DNA of 64,000 nt from the IMG/VR virus record IMGVR_UViG_3300035696_001272; one strand, 5' to 3'. The translations under genes and the position numbers were made by a program. Shown one piece after another: positions 33,601 through 41,550 of the stretch. A model generated the notes under the pieces. The model did no database searches. It was not told the DNA's origin and saw nothing but the letters and a program-made list of their open reading frames with translations. Each line of letters starts with the position of its first letter. The first letter of the stretch is position 1. Source of the DNA: a virus (taxonomy: Duplodnaviria; Heunggongvirae; Uroviricota; Caudoviricetes).

Positions 33601-34777
33601 CGATGCCTACGGGGCTGTTGTAGAAGAGGTTACCAGTGTCAGTAACGTAGCTGTCAAAGTATCAACACCGGCCAGCCAAATTTTGAAAGTCACTCTAACC
33701 AACGGTAACCAGAAGATTGATTATTTTGCTGGTGGTAAGCTAGAAATAGATACTCAAAATGCTATTCAAGAAGATAGCGTCAGTATTGGTACCAGCACAG
33801 TTATCGTGTCGGAACCAATTCTACAAGTGATTACAGTAAAAATAGCTGGAGACTTTACAGGAACAGACTATTTCGATGGTGGATCAATTGGTACTGATAT
33901 GAAAACAATCTACTTGGGTAAAGTGTTACCAGTCCCAAATTTGAATTTGATTGTGACATATCAGAGTACTCTTAACCAGAATACACATTTTAATACGCAA
34001 GTCATTAGACTCAATAGAGCACTACCGGCACAAAATTCTCAAGTAACAGTCACTTACATACCAAGCGGTTTGCAGGGAGACAGAATATCTATATTTAAAG
34101 ATGAATACGGTTACATAAACTTCGGGATTATAGCTTCTGGTACCGATTTCGTAATCCGAGCACCAACTCGTTGGGCAAGAAATACCTGGCATAGGGTCAA
34201 AGCTAGCTACATGATAAATGGTGGTATGGGCAATGACGAAATGAGACTGTTCCTCGATGGATATCAATATACTGATGTCCTGTTCGGTTCAGGTCTAATC
34301 TTTGGAAAGTTTCCATTTGTCATGGGTCAAGTTAACGTTGGTGATGGTTATGCTTTGATTAGTAGTATTACCTTCAAGGACCCAATTAATGATTTGTTTA
34401 TTGGAACTGATTATACACAATCAAATCCAATCTTCACTTTACTGGATAATTTCCGAATCAGCAACATCTCTCGTCCAATTTATGCACCTTATGGTGAGCC
34501 AATTGATGTCAACTACAGCAACAACTTGAGTACTGTCTTCCCAGTGACAGCAGACTTGTATACTACGTACCTGATGAATTTCGATACAATGATCGCTCTA
34601 AATACCAATTTTGCTACGTTAGTTGATAGAGAAACTGGTGCTTTTGATTTTACCCTTAATATCTTCGATTCTTTTGGTATAGTTAGTAGTAGTGCCCAAG
34701 TACAACAAGTATTGGAAAACCTTATTAATATCCTGAAACCAGCAACCAGTCAGGTGTTTATTAAGTATATTACCTGA
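27623..34777 (+). CDS. Giant baseplate wedge protein (gpI/gp7-like) with LamG/concanavalin-like domains
   Basis: RERYREAL...QGPT..AIK motif and C-terminal LKPA. LamG-like motifs GTFETWV, GTIEFWM, WHRVKASY, LFLDG, LDNFRISN. Confidence 0.65.
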   Translation: MTAILRIVNVIINSSSSIDVFFTEDLTQNLVPANVSILSQTANVPDSQVLQVTVSTNVLSITCQPLIPYAAYYLQFQSTPNNPFISVNGDAKISQDGVSNKFLITGPLQSDNPVMDYLQSFYQNNIYNASDTTTIINGYLQSIAVNFSRALYDIRQSKNENYLSFTVIDELHTRGEGAFDRLYEEAAYDIFRVGYAPTNAAVNTSFVFTDFPYFPVTLQRQIVTEASVPSSNNENGTFNINTLTFNLKNNPVTKVDSIVFTLTTANPVYTYNIQDLGYQLLDSTFDQAYASSYLLLEPNQVRLNSAILQDPNFSLDQIFSITIQYEYKELGIEVDETTVEVFTTLQSVREVLPPIINIFSLQHAPITDASNNIPTLGGVVFTDPNSNTGAPHPAFITEIPFSLSALPSVPGIYSIDYPTATVYVYGASSTNDGTGPSPPLATYYYRFTYVSQVDYVYDPDSLELVALPLGNLLNSPGTINFNYEQVLVPGVDYVADSHIESINERILNNLNALNELTTQNSPITNVFQIYNETSGEIYLLDRWNDNKVYFKFNKPPRVLQEVGERATFATVSNELLGINATSTNGGGVRIFTIFLANNTIINSSQDGIAASFNTSLIFTDGNVFVTEIWYDREFDAAFNINKLSVGQYTVDYENGIIYVAVSNTQDNDIGTATYKMDSIVPDFPHIISVDDIYYQISVLNPKNKQFSYISFTDGAIVPANLDVSDEAYLNNVTSSPFQLINGMVGAFVDGTFVPGVTYAVKFVRSVYEFNDLTHNTNPINFAFVSTSNNFNITVGSINKQSFESVQFDGTNYFITLNENIPYLSPDIQYTFSVVRVSDSQQLWNGSGTIVPGNPLKLILPGIGSPHLGDLVDVTYSFTISQAARVIVDYNKGDFFVDYTYLADEILVSYEYGDNVLDFSQNTNLPTGTQYYVSYKAGALRDALLQNFGTLVNVPDLSTFDLSLNRERYREALQAALSSFIQGPTVAAIKNLVQIITHIEPQLIESAFEAWSLGSGLLFPAGIQTTGSFQLLSAHFGNGVLIDQPDQTITMPINSNIRLEEGTFETWVLPQWNGLDNDAALTFTITRNNLPIDAFRVFIGGSEYHPTITNGSFTITKQSNVTGNPNTNKDGIFIYYANDMSGNFQRWYLEVIDGYVSPNNNTYKFTIASSGKFYDVKPLSVVKPANMTTFTGTNKVTMTITPLMDGYGIDEGLTFISDLEHYILDFGLEQDRSRFSIYKDPSGYLNFRVYGRDRKMYMVSADVSSWKVNQAHMVGASWKLNTRNNRDEMHLFVDGLEVPNIIKYGQKLQPYLHEKFRTVDPEEVVGLATRDIVGSDDLVTTAGSPVVTSSINFSAFHIFVGDPIFINETGFSTTGYTIESINGQTLSLNAPMPLSLTNGKFSVNQTQYFITSEINIVPNIAVSTIHTFIEGSDLSGTAGSPNVSSGTNFTTSGVEPGYSIRIVDGYSSPVVYTIVQVAGNTLTITDSLPVNLLNATYYIYSNTENEIPGVRALDPAYSISQDANFDNVLTIFNDVFANDLILVRTLGLNFRDISKQYYVWSNQVENVLMTQLPPPIDLDQADITRIILPSVAIGPANSTLISGVFVSNQLPTAQPSNSQTGRSIQATISGTNVDFTTPVEVTIHGVTGITTITETITFTDYGTLNFANLYVQVDYIQVNAKPLNSSKNVLAIVVEERYPITYSEFDELVPVVRYSYPINAGYNLQTDGYDGYSFVRDGYNFFSGLDIGNYLVINSPASVAGYYIITGLSTDRHGISIQSTVASVPTPLPQFTNGVYQVLNVTAYRSGLQNGFFTLEMSDLPGQPYFLDQGTYELDYSTYASIKFDHLNGNIYFGSDFMGNNQANSILNQAISYSIMLTDTRIGEVVMANSLSITKDYNSLTPIQPNANILFLISFNNFPFTNSASFYSNTNDDHMHFQSDWVVNDNFGQSIVILDEPILVPNTGILDTRKQGTIEFWMSPIFDTANDPNVRYYFDAYGAVVEEVTSVSNVAVKVSTPASQILKVTLTNGNQKIDYFAGGKLEIDTQNAIQEDSVSIGTSTVIVSEPILQVITVKIAGDFTGTDYFDGGSIGTDMKTIYLGKVLPVPNLNLIVTYQSTLNQNTHFNTQVIRLNRALPAQNSQVTVTYIPSGLQGDRISIFKDEYGYINFGIIASGTDFVIRAPTRWARNTWHRVKASYMINGGMGNDEMRLFLDGYQYTDVLFGSGLIFGKFPFVMGQVNVGDGYALISSITFKDPINDLFIGTDYTQSNPIFTLLDNFRISNISRPIYAPYGEPIDVNYSNNLSTVFPVTADLYTTYLMNFDTMIALNTNFATLVDRETGAFDFTLNIFDSFGIVSSSAQVQQVLENLINILKPATSQVFIKYIT

Positions 34778-34785
34778 GAGAAGCA

Positions 34786-37700
34786 ATGACAAAACGCGCC
34801 CCAGTATCAGTACAAAGACCAATTTGGTATGATTCACAGCAGGTGGATGAAACAGATATGAATTCTGAGCAGACCGCCAATGTTACCATTGAGTCTTCTA
34901 CTATCGATAATCATGTTGGTAACGGCGTTTTGCCAGAAGACCTGGTAAATCATGTACTTTTCGATTCCTCTCTGGCCGTAGGATTCTTGGACGGTTTGGC
35001 TATCCAAACACAAAGTCAGCCTTCTGATAACAACTTTGGTAACCAGCTAGCCATCACTCTGAGCAATTCAACGGCTTCGGGTAAACGTCAAGTCAAGGTA
35101 TGCGTCATTGGATTGGATTTTAACAGCGCTCTCCAATATGAAGAGTTTTACTTTGAGACCAATGAGACACAGGTAAGTAGACGTCACTTTACTGAAATTT
35201 TGGTTCTTCTATTTAATGACTTCATTGGCGATCCTGATCTGTCTTTTAATTTAGGTGGTCGAATTGTTATTTCTGAAGCTAGTCCAATGACTCTTTCTAG
35301 AGATGTCATTATGATCGCTCAAGATCAACAGCCTAATCTATTTTTTAGAGACTTCTTCCTAGATCCTTCCATTAGCCAACTAACATTACAGGCAATGTTG
35401 CAAGCTGCAATGCCACTGTATAACGTAACCGATTTGAATATTTACACCGAGCCATTGGATAACTTGGTTTTGTCAAGTGGAGATGTGACTACACAAATTG
35501 GCCAAAAGTTTCAAGCTACGACTAACAATATTGAGAAAGTAACTCTATTACTATCGGTCAGAAACCTTAGTGCAGGTCAACAAAATAATTTAGTCTGGAC
35601 TGGCGATATCATAGTCAGCATTTATCCATTGCAGACAACAATAGATTGTCCAACTGATTTAGTACCAAATCAAGCAATTCAATTTTCGCCATCCAATATC
35701 CCAATTGCCCAAATCAGCTACAACTATAATAGTTTGCTAGCTGCTGGTACATTGTTGGATTCAGTTCCACAACCAGTAGATTTCGTATTCAGCAATAGCT
35801 CGGTAGCTGGCGGTAACGTAATGACCGTTGGACAGTATTACGCCGTTGCTATGAAGCGTTCTGGTGCGGCTAATCAGTGTGATATCCTATTGGCTGTAGG
35901 TCAGGACTTAGTTCCAAATTCTGAAATTACGACGTTCTCAGGTAATCTATGGGTTGATATTCCAGATGAAGACTTATGGTTCAGAATTTGGACAGATGCT
36001 GCTAAGGTATCTGATGGTCAAGCTTATGACCAGGGTAATGGAGTAATTATCCCAAAAACCACAACCGATCCAACCACACAAGCTACGATCGATTATATTT
36101 TCGGACAACAAGAATTCGTTGGCGGTGATGTTTTTAGTGCAGTACTGGCAGCCGTTACACAAGATTCTGATCCAGTACCCGATCAAAGAACTGGTAATCC
36201 GGTCGATTCTCGTCAACAGTTTGTTCCTCAAGTTACTTTATTGAATACCATTGACGTTACTAATCTAGAAAATTCTTCCGAGCCACTTATTTTGGGAGCA
36301 ATATCTGACAGGAACATCAAATTCTTCGATCCAAGTCAGGCTACAAGCAACGCTCCATTATTCAGTGCGACTATGGCTAAGGATGAGTTGCTCATTAGAA
36401 TTGTAGAAGATCCTACTGATGCAGTCAGATTCAATACACAAGTCAATGCTTTGGTTACAAGTTTATTAAACGGTAACTTAGTTGGAGCAGAAATTATTCC
36501 AGATGCTAGCAAGCCAACCGCTTTCTATAGAATAGCTGGTGCCAGACTATGTTCCATGATTGTGGGAGATGTTGATGGTAATGGTATTATCGATGATAAC
36601 GATTTAAACTTACTCAATAGCTTTTTAGGTTACAACCTCAATGTTGGTTTGCCAGCCCACACAGTAATTACAACTGATGGTTACACCACAACTTTCACAA
36701 ACGGTTACCAAACCCTAACTCAACCATTTTCTAACTTATTCAATATTAGTTTCCAATTGATTGATCCAAACGATGGTTACGTGGTAGCTCATGGTAGTGA
36801 TGGTGTATTGGTAGCCAATCCAACTGATCCAACATTAGCTCAATTTACTAGTGCCAGTGTATCATTCGTTGACATCATCGGTCTAAGCTCTTATAACTTA
36901 GTTATCCTAAGCAATGGGGCGAATGAAGCTGATTGGGGTGGTTGGGTAATTACTGCTTTAGATTCAACTGCAGACGTATTGACTCTTCAAAAGATCTACC
37001 TAACCGGTGACACTATTGCTCAAATGTTGAGAGCTGATATTGATGGTGATTTTGCTATTACTTTCTCTGATGGTTATCTGTTGGATAGCTACATCGAAAG
37101 AGTTCAAAATCCAGTTATTCCTCCTCCATTATATCCTGCTCCAACAACTAATCCGTATAATAAGATTGGTACTAGATTTAATGTAATTAGACTGAGACTA
37201 GAAGAATTTGTTGACAGAGCAGACGATTACGCTTCAGATCCAAATACACGTGCCCAATCCGTGCATCCAATACAAGACATCTTTGATGGTGATGGATATT
37301 TCGCCAGCCACAATTTCTATACTGGTCCATCCCAAATGATATTTATGCAGCAATTAATTTGGGATCCTACTTTGGTAGTAGCTAGCGCTCTGCCTAGACT
37401 TGTGCCAGCTGTATTTACTTCAGAGACTGGATTCGTGCAAAACTCTTGTACCATCGAGGGTGTTCAGTGCAACGTTTATCCAGTGGTACAGCCATTTGAT
37501 CCAGGACGAGTTGACTTCTTCGTGCCAAATAATCTGATAATTGGAGAGGGTGGAGAACTTCAAAGACCAGATGGTGATTTCTATAAGGTAGACTTTGAAG
37601 TTGGAAGCATTGTTCTAGAGATTCCAGATGGATTATTTGGAACTGAAAGAACCATCGATATTATGACAGACTTCATAGTTGACTATACTGGAAATGGTGC

Positions 37701-38343
37701 AACACGTCTAGGATTCCCTTCAATGAGATTCGCAGACTGTTCTTTCGTCACCGCCAATGCTTTGGCCGATGATCAAATTAGATTCTCTGTTGCCGTTCAG
37801 TCCTTCTCTCCTAATATAAACGGTGAAAGTTCTGACGGATATTTCGGAGCTATCGTTGATGGTAAGATGGGCGTCAGTATGGATTTCGATACTGGATTGC
37901 TAACTCTAAACTTCAGCAATTTGTATCAAGATCAAGTACTACAGACTTTGAGTACCAAAGTACAAGTTAACGTCTTCCTAAAGAAGGGCGGATTCAATAA
38001 CCAAACTCTATTTGTGGATTCTACACAAGTAGGTAACATATTGAATTTGATCAGCATCTTTAGCGGAGCCAATGTCGGCGGTCCATCAGCTTTGGTAGAT
38101 TTGCAGAACGATATAGCTCCAGATAGTATTCTACCAATTTTGAATGGTGGTACTGGACTGGATAACGTAGGTGCTTTTGGTACTGTATTAACGAGTACCG
38201 GTAGTGGCGTCAGTTATCAATTCGTAACAGCTGCTAGTGTGGAGTATAATCCGGCTAGCTCAGCAAATTGGAATAATAATCCTCCAACAACTATTCAAGC
38301 GGCACTGGATCGTATTGCGGCTATGATAGGTCCAATTACATAA
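34786..38343 (+). CDS. Baseplate/tail-fibre attachment protein with dockerin-like Ca-binding repeats
   Basis: N-terminal WYDSQQVDETDMN.EQ; GDVDGNGIIDDNDL and ADIDGDFAITFSD motifs; LPI.NGGTG fibre motif near the C-terminus. Confidence 0.55.
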   Translation: MTKRAPVSVQRPIWYDSQQVDETDMNSEQTANVTIESSTIDNHVGNGVLPEDLVNHVLFDSSLAVGFLDGLAIQTQSQPSDNNFGNQLAITLSNSTASGKRQVKVCVIGLDFNSALQYEEFYFETNETQVSRRHFTEILVLLFNDFIGDPDLSFNLGGRIVISEASPMTLSRDVIMIAQDQQPNLFFRDFFLDPSISQLTLQAMLQAAMPLYNVTDLNIYTEPLDNLVLSSGDVTTQIGQKFQATTNNIEKVTLLLSVRNLSAGQQNNLVWTGDIIVSIYPLQTTIDCPTDLVPNQAIQFSPSNIPIAQISYNYNSLLAAGTLLDSVPQPVDFVFSNSSVAGGNVMTVGQYYAVAMKRSGAANQCDILLAVGQDLVPNSEITTFSGNLWVDIPDEDLWFRIWTDAAKVSDGQAYDQGNGVIIPKTTTDPTTQATIDYIFGQQEFVGGDVFSAVLAAVTQDSDPVPDQRTGNPVDSRQQFVPQVTLLNTIDVTNLENSSEPLILGAISDRNIKFFDPSQATSNAPLFSATMAKDELLIRIVEDPTDAVRFNTQVNALVTSLLNGNLVGAEIIPDASKPTAFYRIAGARLCSMIVGDVDGNGIIDDNDLNLLNSFLGYNLNVGLPAHTVITTDGYTTTFTNGYQTLTQPFSNLFNISFQLIDPNDGYVVAHGSDGVLVANPTDPTLAQFTSASVSFVDIIGLSSYNLVILSNGANEADWGGWVITALDSTADVLTLQKIYLTGDTIAQMLRADIDGDFAITFSDGYLLDSYIERVQNPVIPPPLYPAPTTNPYNKIGTRFNVIRLRLEEFVDRADDYASDPNTRAQSVHPIQDIFDGDGYFASHNFYTGPSQMIFMQQLIWDPTLVVASALPRLVPAVFTSETGFVQNSCTIEGVQCNVYPVVQPFDPGRVDFFVPNNLIIGEGGELQRPDGDFYKVDFEVGSIVLEIPDGLFGTERTIDIMTDFIVDYTGNGATRLGFPSMRFADCSFVTANALADDQIRFSVAVQSFSPNINGESSDGYFGAIVDGKMGVSMDFDTGLLTLNFSNLYQDQVLQTLSTKVQVNVFLKKGGFNNQTLFVDSTQVGNILNLISIFSGANVGGPSALVDLQNDIAPDSILPILNGGTGLDNVGAFGTVLTSTGSGVSYQFVTAASVEYNPASSANWNNNPPTTIQAALDRIAAMIGPIT

Positions 38344-38355
38344 TAATTTCGGACC

Positions 38356-38384
38356 TTGACAGATAATTTTTAAAGTTATACTAT
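38356..38384 (+). promoter_or_regulatory. Sigma70-like promoter upstream of the glycosyltransferase cluster
   Basis: TTGACA (38356-61), 17-bp spacer, TACTAT (38379-84). Confidence 0.6.
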
Positions 38385-38430
38385 TACGCACGGGCCAGAG
38401 TCCAAATTTATTCCTGATATAGAAGCCTCT

Positions 38431-39567
38431 ATGAAGATTTGTTGGTTTGGATTTCTTGGTAGAAATCATAGTTGGTCTATTGTTGCGCAAAACCTATCCA
38501 GAGAATTTATTAGGATGGGGCATCATGTTGATCTTTTTTCCACTAATGGTACTGACCATTTCCCCGAAGACTTAAAACCATATCTCAAGGGAGTCGCTGA
38601 AGAAGACTTCGTCATTACCCCCGAAAATTATCACAAATTAGTTGGCTCTAAATTAGATCCACAATATGATATGCAGATGTCATACACGGCACTTCGTAAT
38701 TTTTGTCATTTTTTCGTACGTGGTGAAAAGAATAGATTTGGTATTTGGAACTACGAAACGACAATTCTGCCAAAAGCCTTTGCTAAGTATTATCGTTGTG
38801 TAGATAAGGTGTTACCTTCTTCACAGTTTTCTAAAAAGATTTTCACCGATAATGGAATGCCGGCTGACCATCAAGTGGTGGTACCTCACGGTATTTATCT
38901 AGAGCGATTTATGAATCTCGGCAAATATCCTTTGAAGACTAAAAAGAAGTACAAGATACTAGCCAATATTGCACAGCCTCATTTAAGAAAGAATATACCT
39001 GGTTTATTAAGGGCGTACGGTAAGGCATTTACCAGTCAAGACGATGTTTGTTTAGTCTTGAAGGTATCTCGTAAAAGTCCACAACCAGGATTCGATGTAC
39101 CGTTCAATGACATTTTCAATCAATGGAAGAAGACTTTTCCAAAACATGCAGAAGTTGAGATCATTGATAAATTCATAACTGATATTGAGCCACTGTATAA
39201 CGCATGCGATGTAGTCTTTACCATGTCCCACGCTGAATGTTTTTGGATGCCAGGACTGGAAGGATTCGCTGCCAATAAGATTGTAGTTTCCCCTCGTTAT
39301 GGTGGTCAATTGGATTTTATGAATGATGATAACTCTATTCTGATAGATGGTAAAGAAATGAGAGCCGATTTAAGGATGCAATATTGGGAACCATCATCAT
39401 TCGCTAAGGTATTTAATCCTGATGTTGATCAGGCTGCTACTAAGTTGAGAGATGTTATCAAAAACTATGATGACTATCTCAAAAAGTTTTCGCCTAGTAT
39501 GCAAGAGTTGGTACAAAAATATACTTGGGAGAACGCAGCTAAACAAATAATAGGATTGTGCAAATGA
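38431..39567 (+). CDS. Glycosyltransferase family 4 (GT-B)
   Basis: RKNIPGLLRAY, LYNACD, ECFWMPGLEG..A, YGGQLDF and YTWENAA motifs. Confidence 0.85.
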   Translation: MKICWFGFLGRNHSWSIVAQNLSREFIRMGHHVDLFSTNGTDHFPEDLKPYLKGVAEEDFVITPENYHKLVGSKLDPQYDMQMSYTALRNFCHFFVRGEKNRFGIWNYETTILPKAFAKYYRCVDKVLPSSQFSKKIFTDNGMPADHQVVVPHGIYLERFMNLGKYPLKTKKKYKILANIAQPHLRKNIPGLLRAYGKAFTSQDDVCLVLKVSRKSPQPGFDVPFNDIFNQWKKTFPKHAEVEIIDKFITDIEPLYNACDVVFTMSHAECFWMPGLEGFAANKIVVSPRYGGQLDFMNDDNSILIDGKEMRADLRMQYWEPSSFAKVFNPDVDQAATKLRDVIKNYDDYLKKFSPSMQELVQKYTWENAAKQIIGLCK

Positions 39568-40334
39568 CATTTACAGTAAAAGAAAAGATTGGTCAAGCCA
39601 TCGTTAATCCACGCGGCATTTGGAGAAAACTTAGTATTGTTATTCCAATTTTCAATAAATGGAATTTTACCAAGTCTTGTCTAAAGGACCTAATTAGACT
39701 GCCAGATGATCATGAGGTTATTATCATAGATAATGGTAGTAGTGACGAAACCAATAAAGAACTTGTTCCGTTCTGCAATGAATTACTTGGGCAGAATCCA
39801 AATCAATGTTGGATTAGGTGTGTCCAAAATACTGAAAATACTTTCCATTCCAAAGCCTGTAATCAAGGTTACAAAATGGCAAATGGTGACAACATTTTGT
39901 TCCTAAACAACGACGTTAAAGTAAGGCAAAACCACACAGATTGGACCAAGGTTATCACAGACGCTTGCGCATCCACCAACGGCTTAGTCGGTCCAACTAT
40001 GGGTCAACTGGATAAGGATTTGAATTTCGTTAAAGAAGCAAATGAACAGCTTACTGGTAATTCTTACTTAGGTGGATGGTGTATTGCTGCCAAAAAAGAT
40101 GTTTGGAAACAACTTGATGTAGACGGAACTGACCAAATTTGGAATGAAGAGTTTCCATTCTATTTCAACGATACAGATTTAAGCTTTCGAGCCCGTAAGA
40201 AACAAATTCCTCTAACCGTCGTTTCTTTGCCAGACATTGTTCATTTTGGTAAGATATCAGCCGCCCAAATAAATATTCCTAAATTATACAAAGAAGGAAG
40301 ACAAGTCTTCGTTAAAAAATGGGGTAATCGATAA
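39564..40334 (+). CDS. Glycosyltransferase family 2
   Basis: SIVIPIFN, IIIDNGSSD, LFLNND, YFNDTDLSFR. ATG at 39564 overlaps the upstream TGA. Confidence 0.85.
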   Translation: MTFTVKEKIGQAIVNPRGIWRKLSIVIPIFNKWNFTKSCLKDLIRLPDDHEVIIIDNGSSDETNKELVPFCNELLGQNPNQCWIRCVQNTENTFHSKACNQGYKMANGDNILFLNNDVKVRQNHTDWTKVITDACASTNGLVGPTMGQLDKDLNFVKEANEQLTGNSYLGGWCIAAKKDVWKQLDVDGTDQIWNEEFPFYFNDTDLSFRARKKQIPLTVVSLPDIVHFGKISAAQINIPKLYKEGRQVFVKKWGNR

Positions 40335-40340
40335 TCGATC

Positions 40341-40697
40341 ATGGAAGAGATTGTAGTCGGAAAACTAAAATTCACCAAATGGTATTTGTACCAAACCAGT
40401 ATTACCAAAGATGAATGGAGACGCGATTGTCGTATTGATGCTGAAGAGGCGGTAAAGTATCCTGATAACCATGTGATTCTGATACGAGAAAAGGATATGA
40501 AGCCAGGAGCGAGTCTTGAAAGCATCGCCAGGGCACCATTCTTTTATAGGGTTAATTTTCATGGCAGCGAGGCACGTAAGTTTGCCCCTTATTTTGACAA
40601 ATTTGAGATTAGAGAAGACTTTAGCGATGTCGAGAGTGCCAAGAATTGTGTAGATAATGCTTTGCTTAGACTCAATAAGTTGATGATATTCACGTGA
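40341..40697 (+). CDS. Hypothetical protein, C-terminal tag family (RLNKLMIFT)
   Basis: 118-aa ORF; C-terminus is a divergent match to the shared 9-residue tag. Confidence 0.6.
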   Translation: MEEIVVGKLKFTKWYLYQTSITKDEWRRDCRIDAEEAVKYPDNHVILIREKDMKPGASLESIARAPFFYRVNFHGSEARKFAPYFDKFEIREDFSDVESAKNCVDNALLRLNKLMIFT

Positions 40698-40707
40698 GGT
40701 AAATATT

Positions 40708-41541
40708 ATGCCAGAAGGCCCCGAAGTTAAATTGAGTGCGGATTTGATTAGACCATTGGTAGTAAATAAAACATTAAAGAGCGCCCACTCTACGGCAAAT
40801 AGTAGATACGGCGATAGTAGAAATGGGTATTCCAGCGAATTGGGGGAATTTGGAAGATTTCAAGATTTTACTATGGACACTAAAGTACTGAGTGTCGATG
40901 TTCGTGGTAAGTTTATGTACTGGACTTTTACTGATAACTGGTACATGTCTTGTACCTTCGGTATGACTGGTCAATGGTCACCTCAAGAAGGTAAACATCC
41001 CTGTTTCATTTTTGAATTCACTGACGGCTCAAAAATGTGCTTCAATGATCACAGACATTTTGGTACGATTAAGTTTACCAACAATCCGCAAGCTATTATG
41101 GATAAACTGGATGAGCTGGGTTGGGATCCTTTGTCGATGCATTTGGTAGATAATATTCCGTGGCTTAAGTCCAAGCTGTCGCGGACTGGGAAGCCAATTG
41201 CTGAAGTTTTGATGGATCAAAGCGTTTTTGCAGGAGTTGGGAACTACATCAGGGCCGAAGCGTTATATCTATCTAAGATTTCACCATGGCGACCTGCTAA
41301 TTTGCTGACCCCTGATGAAATTCTTCGACTTGGCCAATCAGTTGTTGGTGTAATGAACGAATCTTATCAACATCAAGGCGCAACCATTAGCACCTATAAA
41401 ACTGCTTACGGTGAAGATGGTAACTACTCTACTCTATTCAAAGTTTATGGACAGAAAAAAGATCCATTGGGCAATGCAATTATTAAACAGAAGACACCAG
41501 ATAAAAGAATAATTCACTGGTGTCCAAGCGTGCAAGTATAA
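40708..41541 (+). CDS. Fpg/Nei family DNA glycosylase/AP lyase, zincless-finger type
   Basis: N-terminal PEGPEV, RGKF, FGMTG, H2TH motif AGVGNYIRAEALY; lacks the four-Cys zinc finger. Confidence 0.9.
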   Translation: MPEGPEVKLSADLIRPLVVNKTLKSAHSTANSRYGDSRNGYSSELGEFGRFQDFTMDTKVLSVDVRGKFMYWTFTDNWYMSCTFGMTGQWSPQEGKHPCFIFEFTDGSKMCFNDHRHFGTIKFTNNPQAIMDKLDELGWDPLSMHLVDNIPWLKSKLSRTGKPIAEVLMDQSVFAGVGNYIRAEALYLSKISPWRPANLLTPDEILRLGQSVVGVMNESYQHQGATISTYKTAYGEDGNYSTLFKVYGQKKDPLGNAIIKQKTPDKRIIHWCPSVQV

Positions 41542-41550
41542 AGGTGTTTC

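Noticed and set aside
3753-38343. Extracellular contractile injection system or tailocin interpretation
   Set aside because: The module is contiguous with phage-type replication, sigma, RNR, PhoH and lysis genes on one strand, so a phage genome is more parsimonious.
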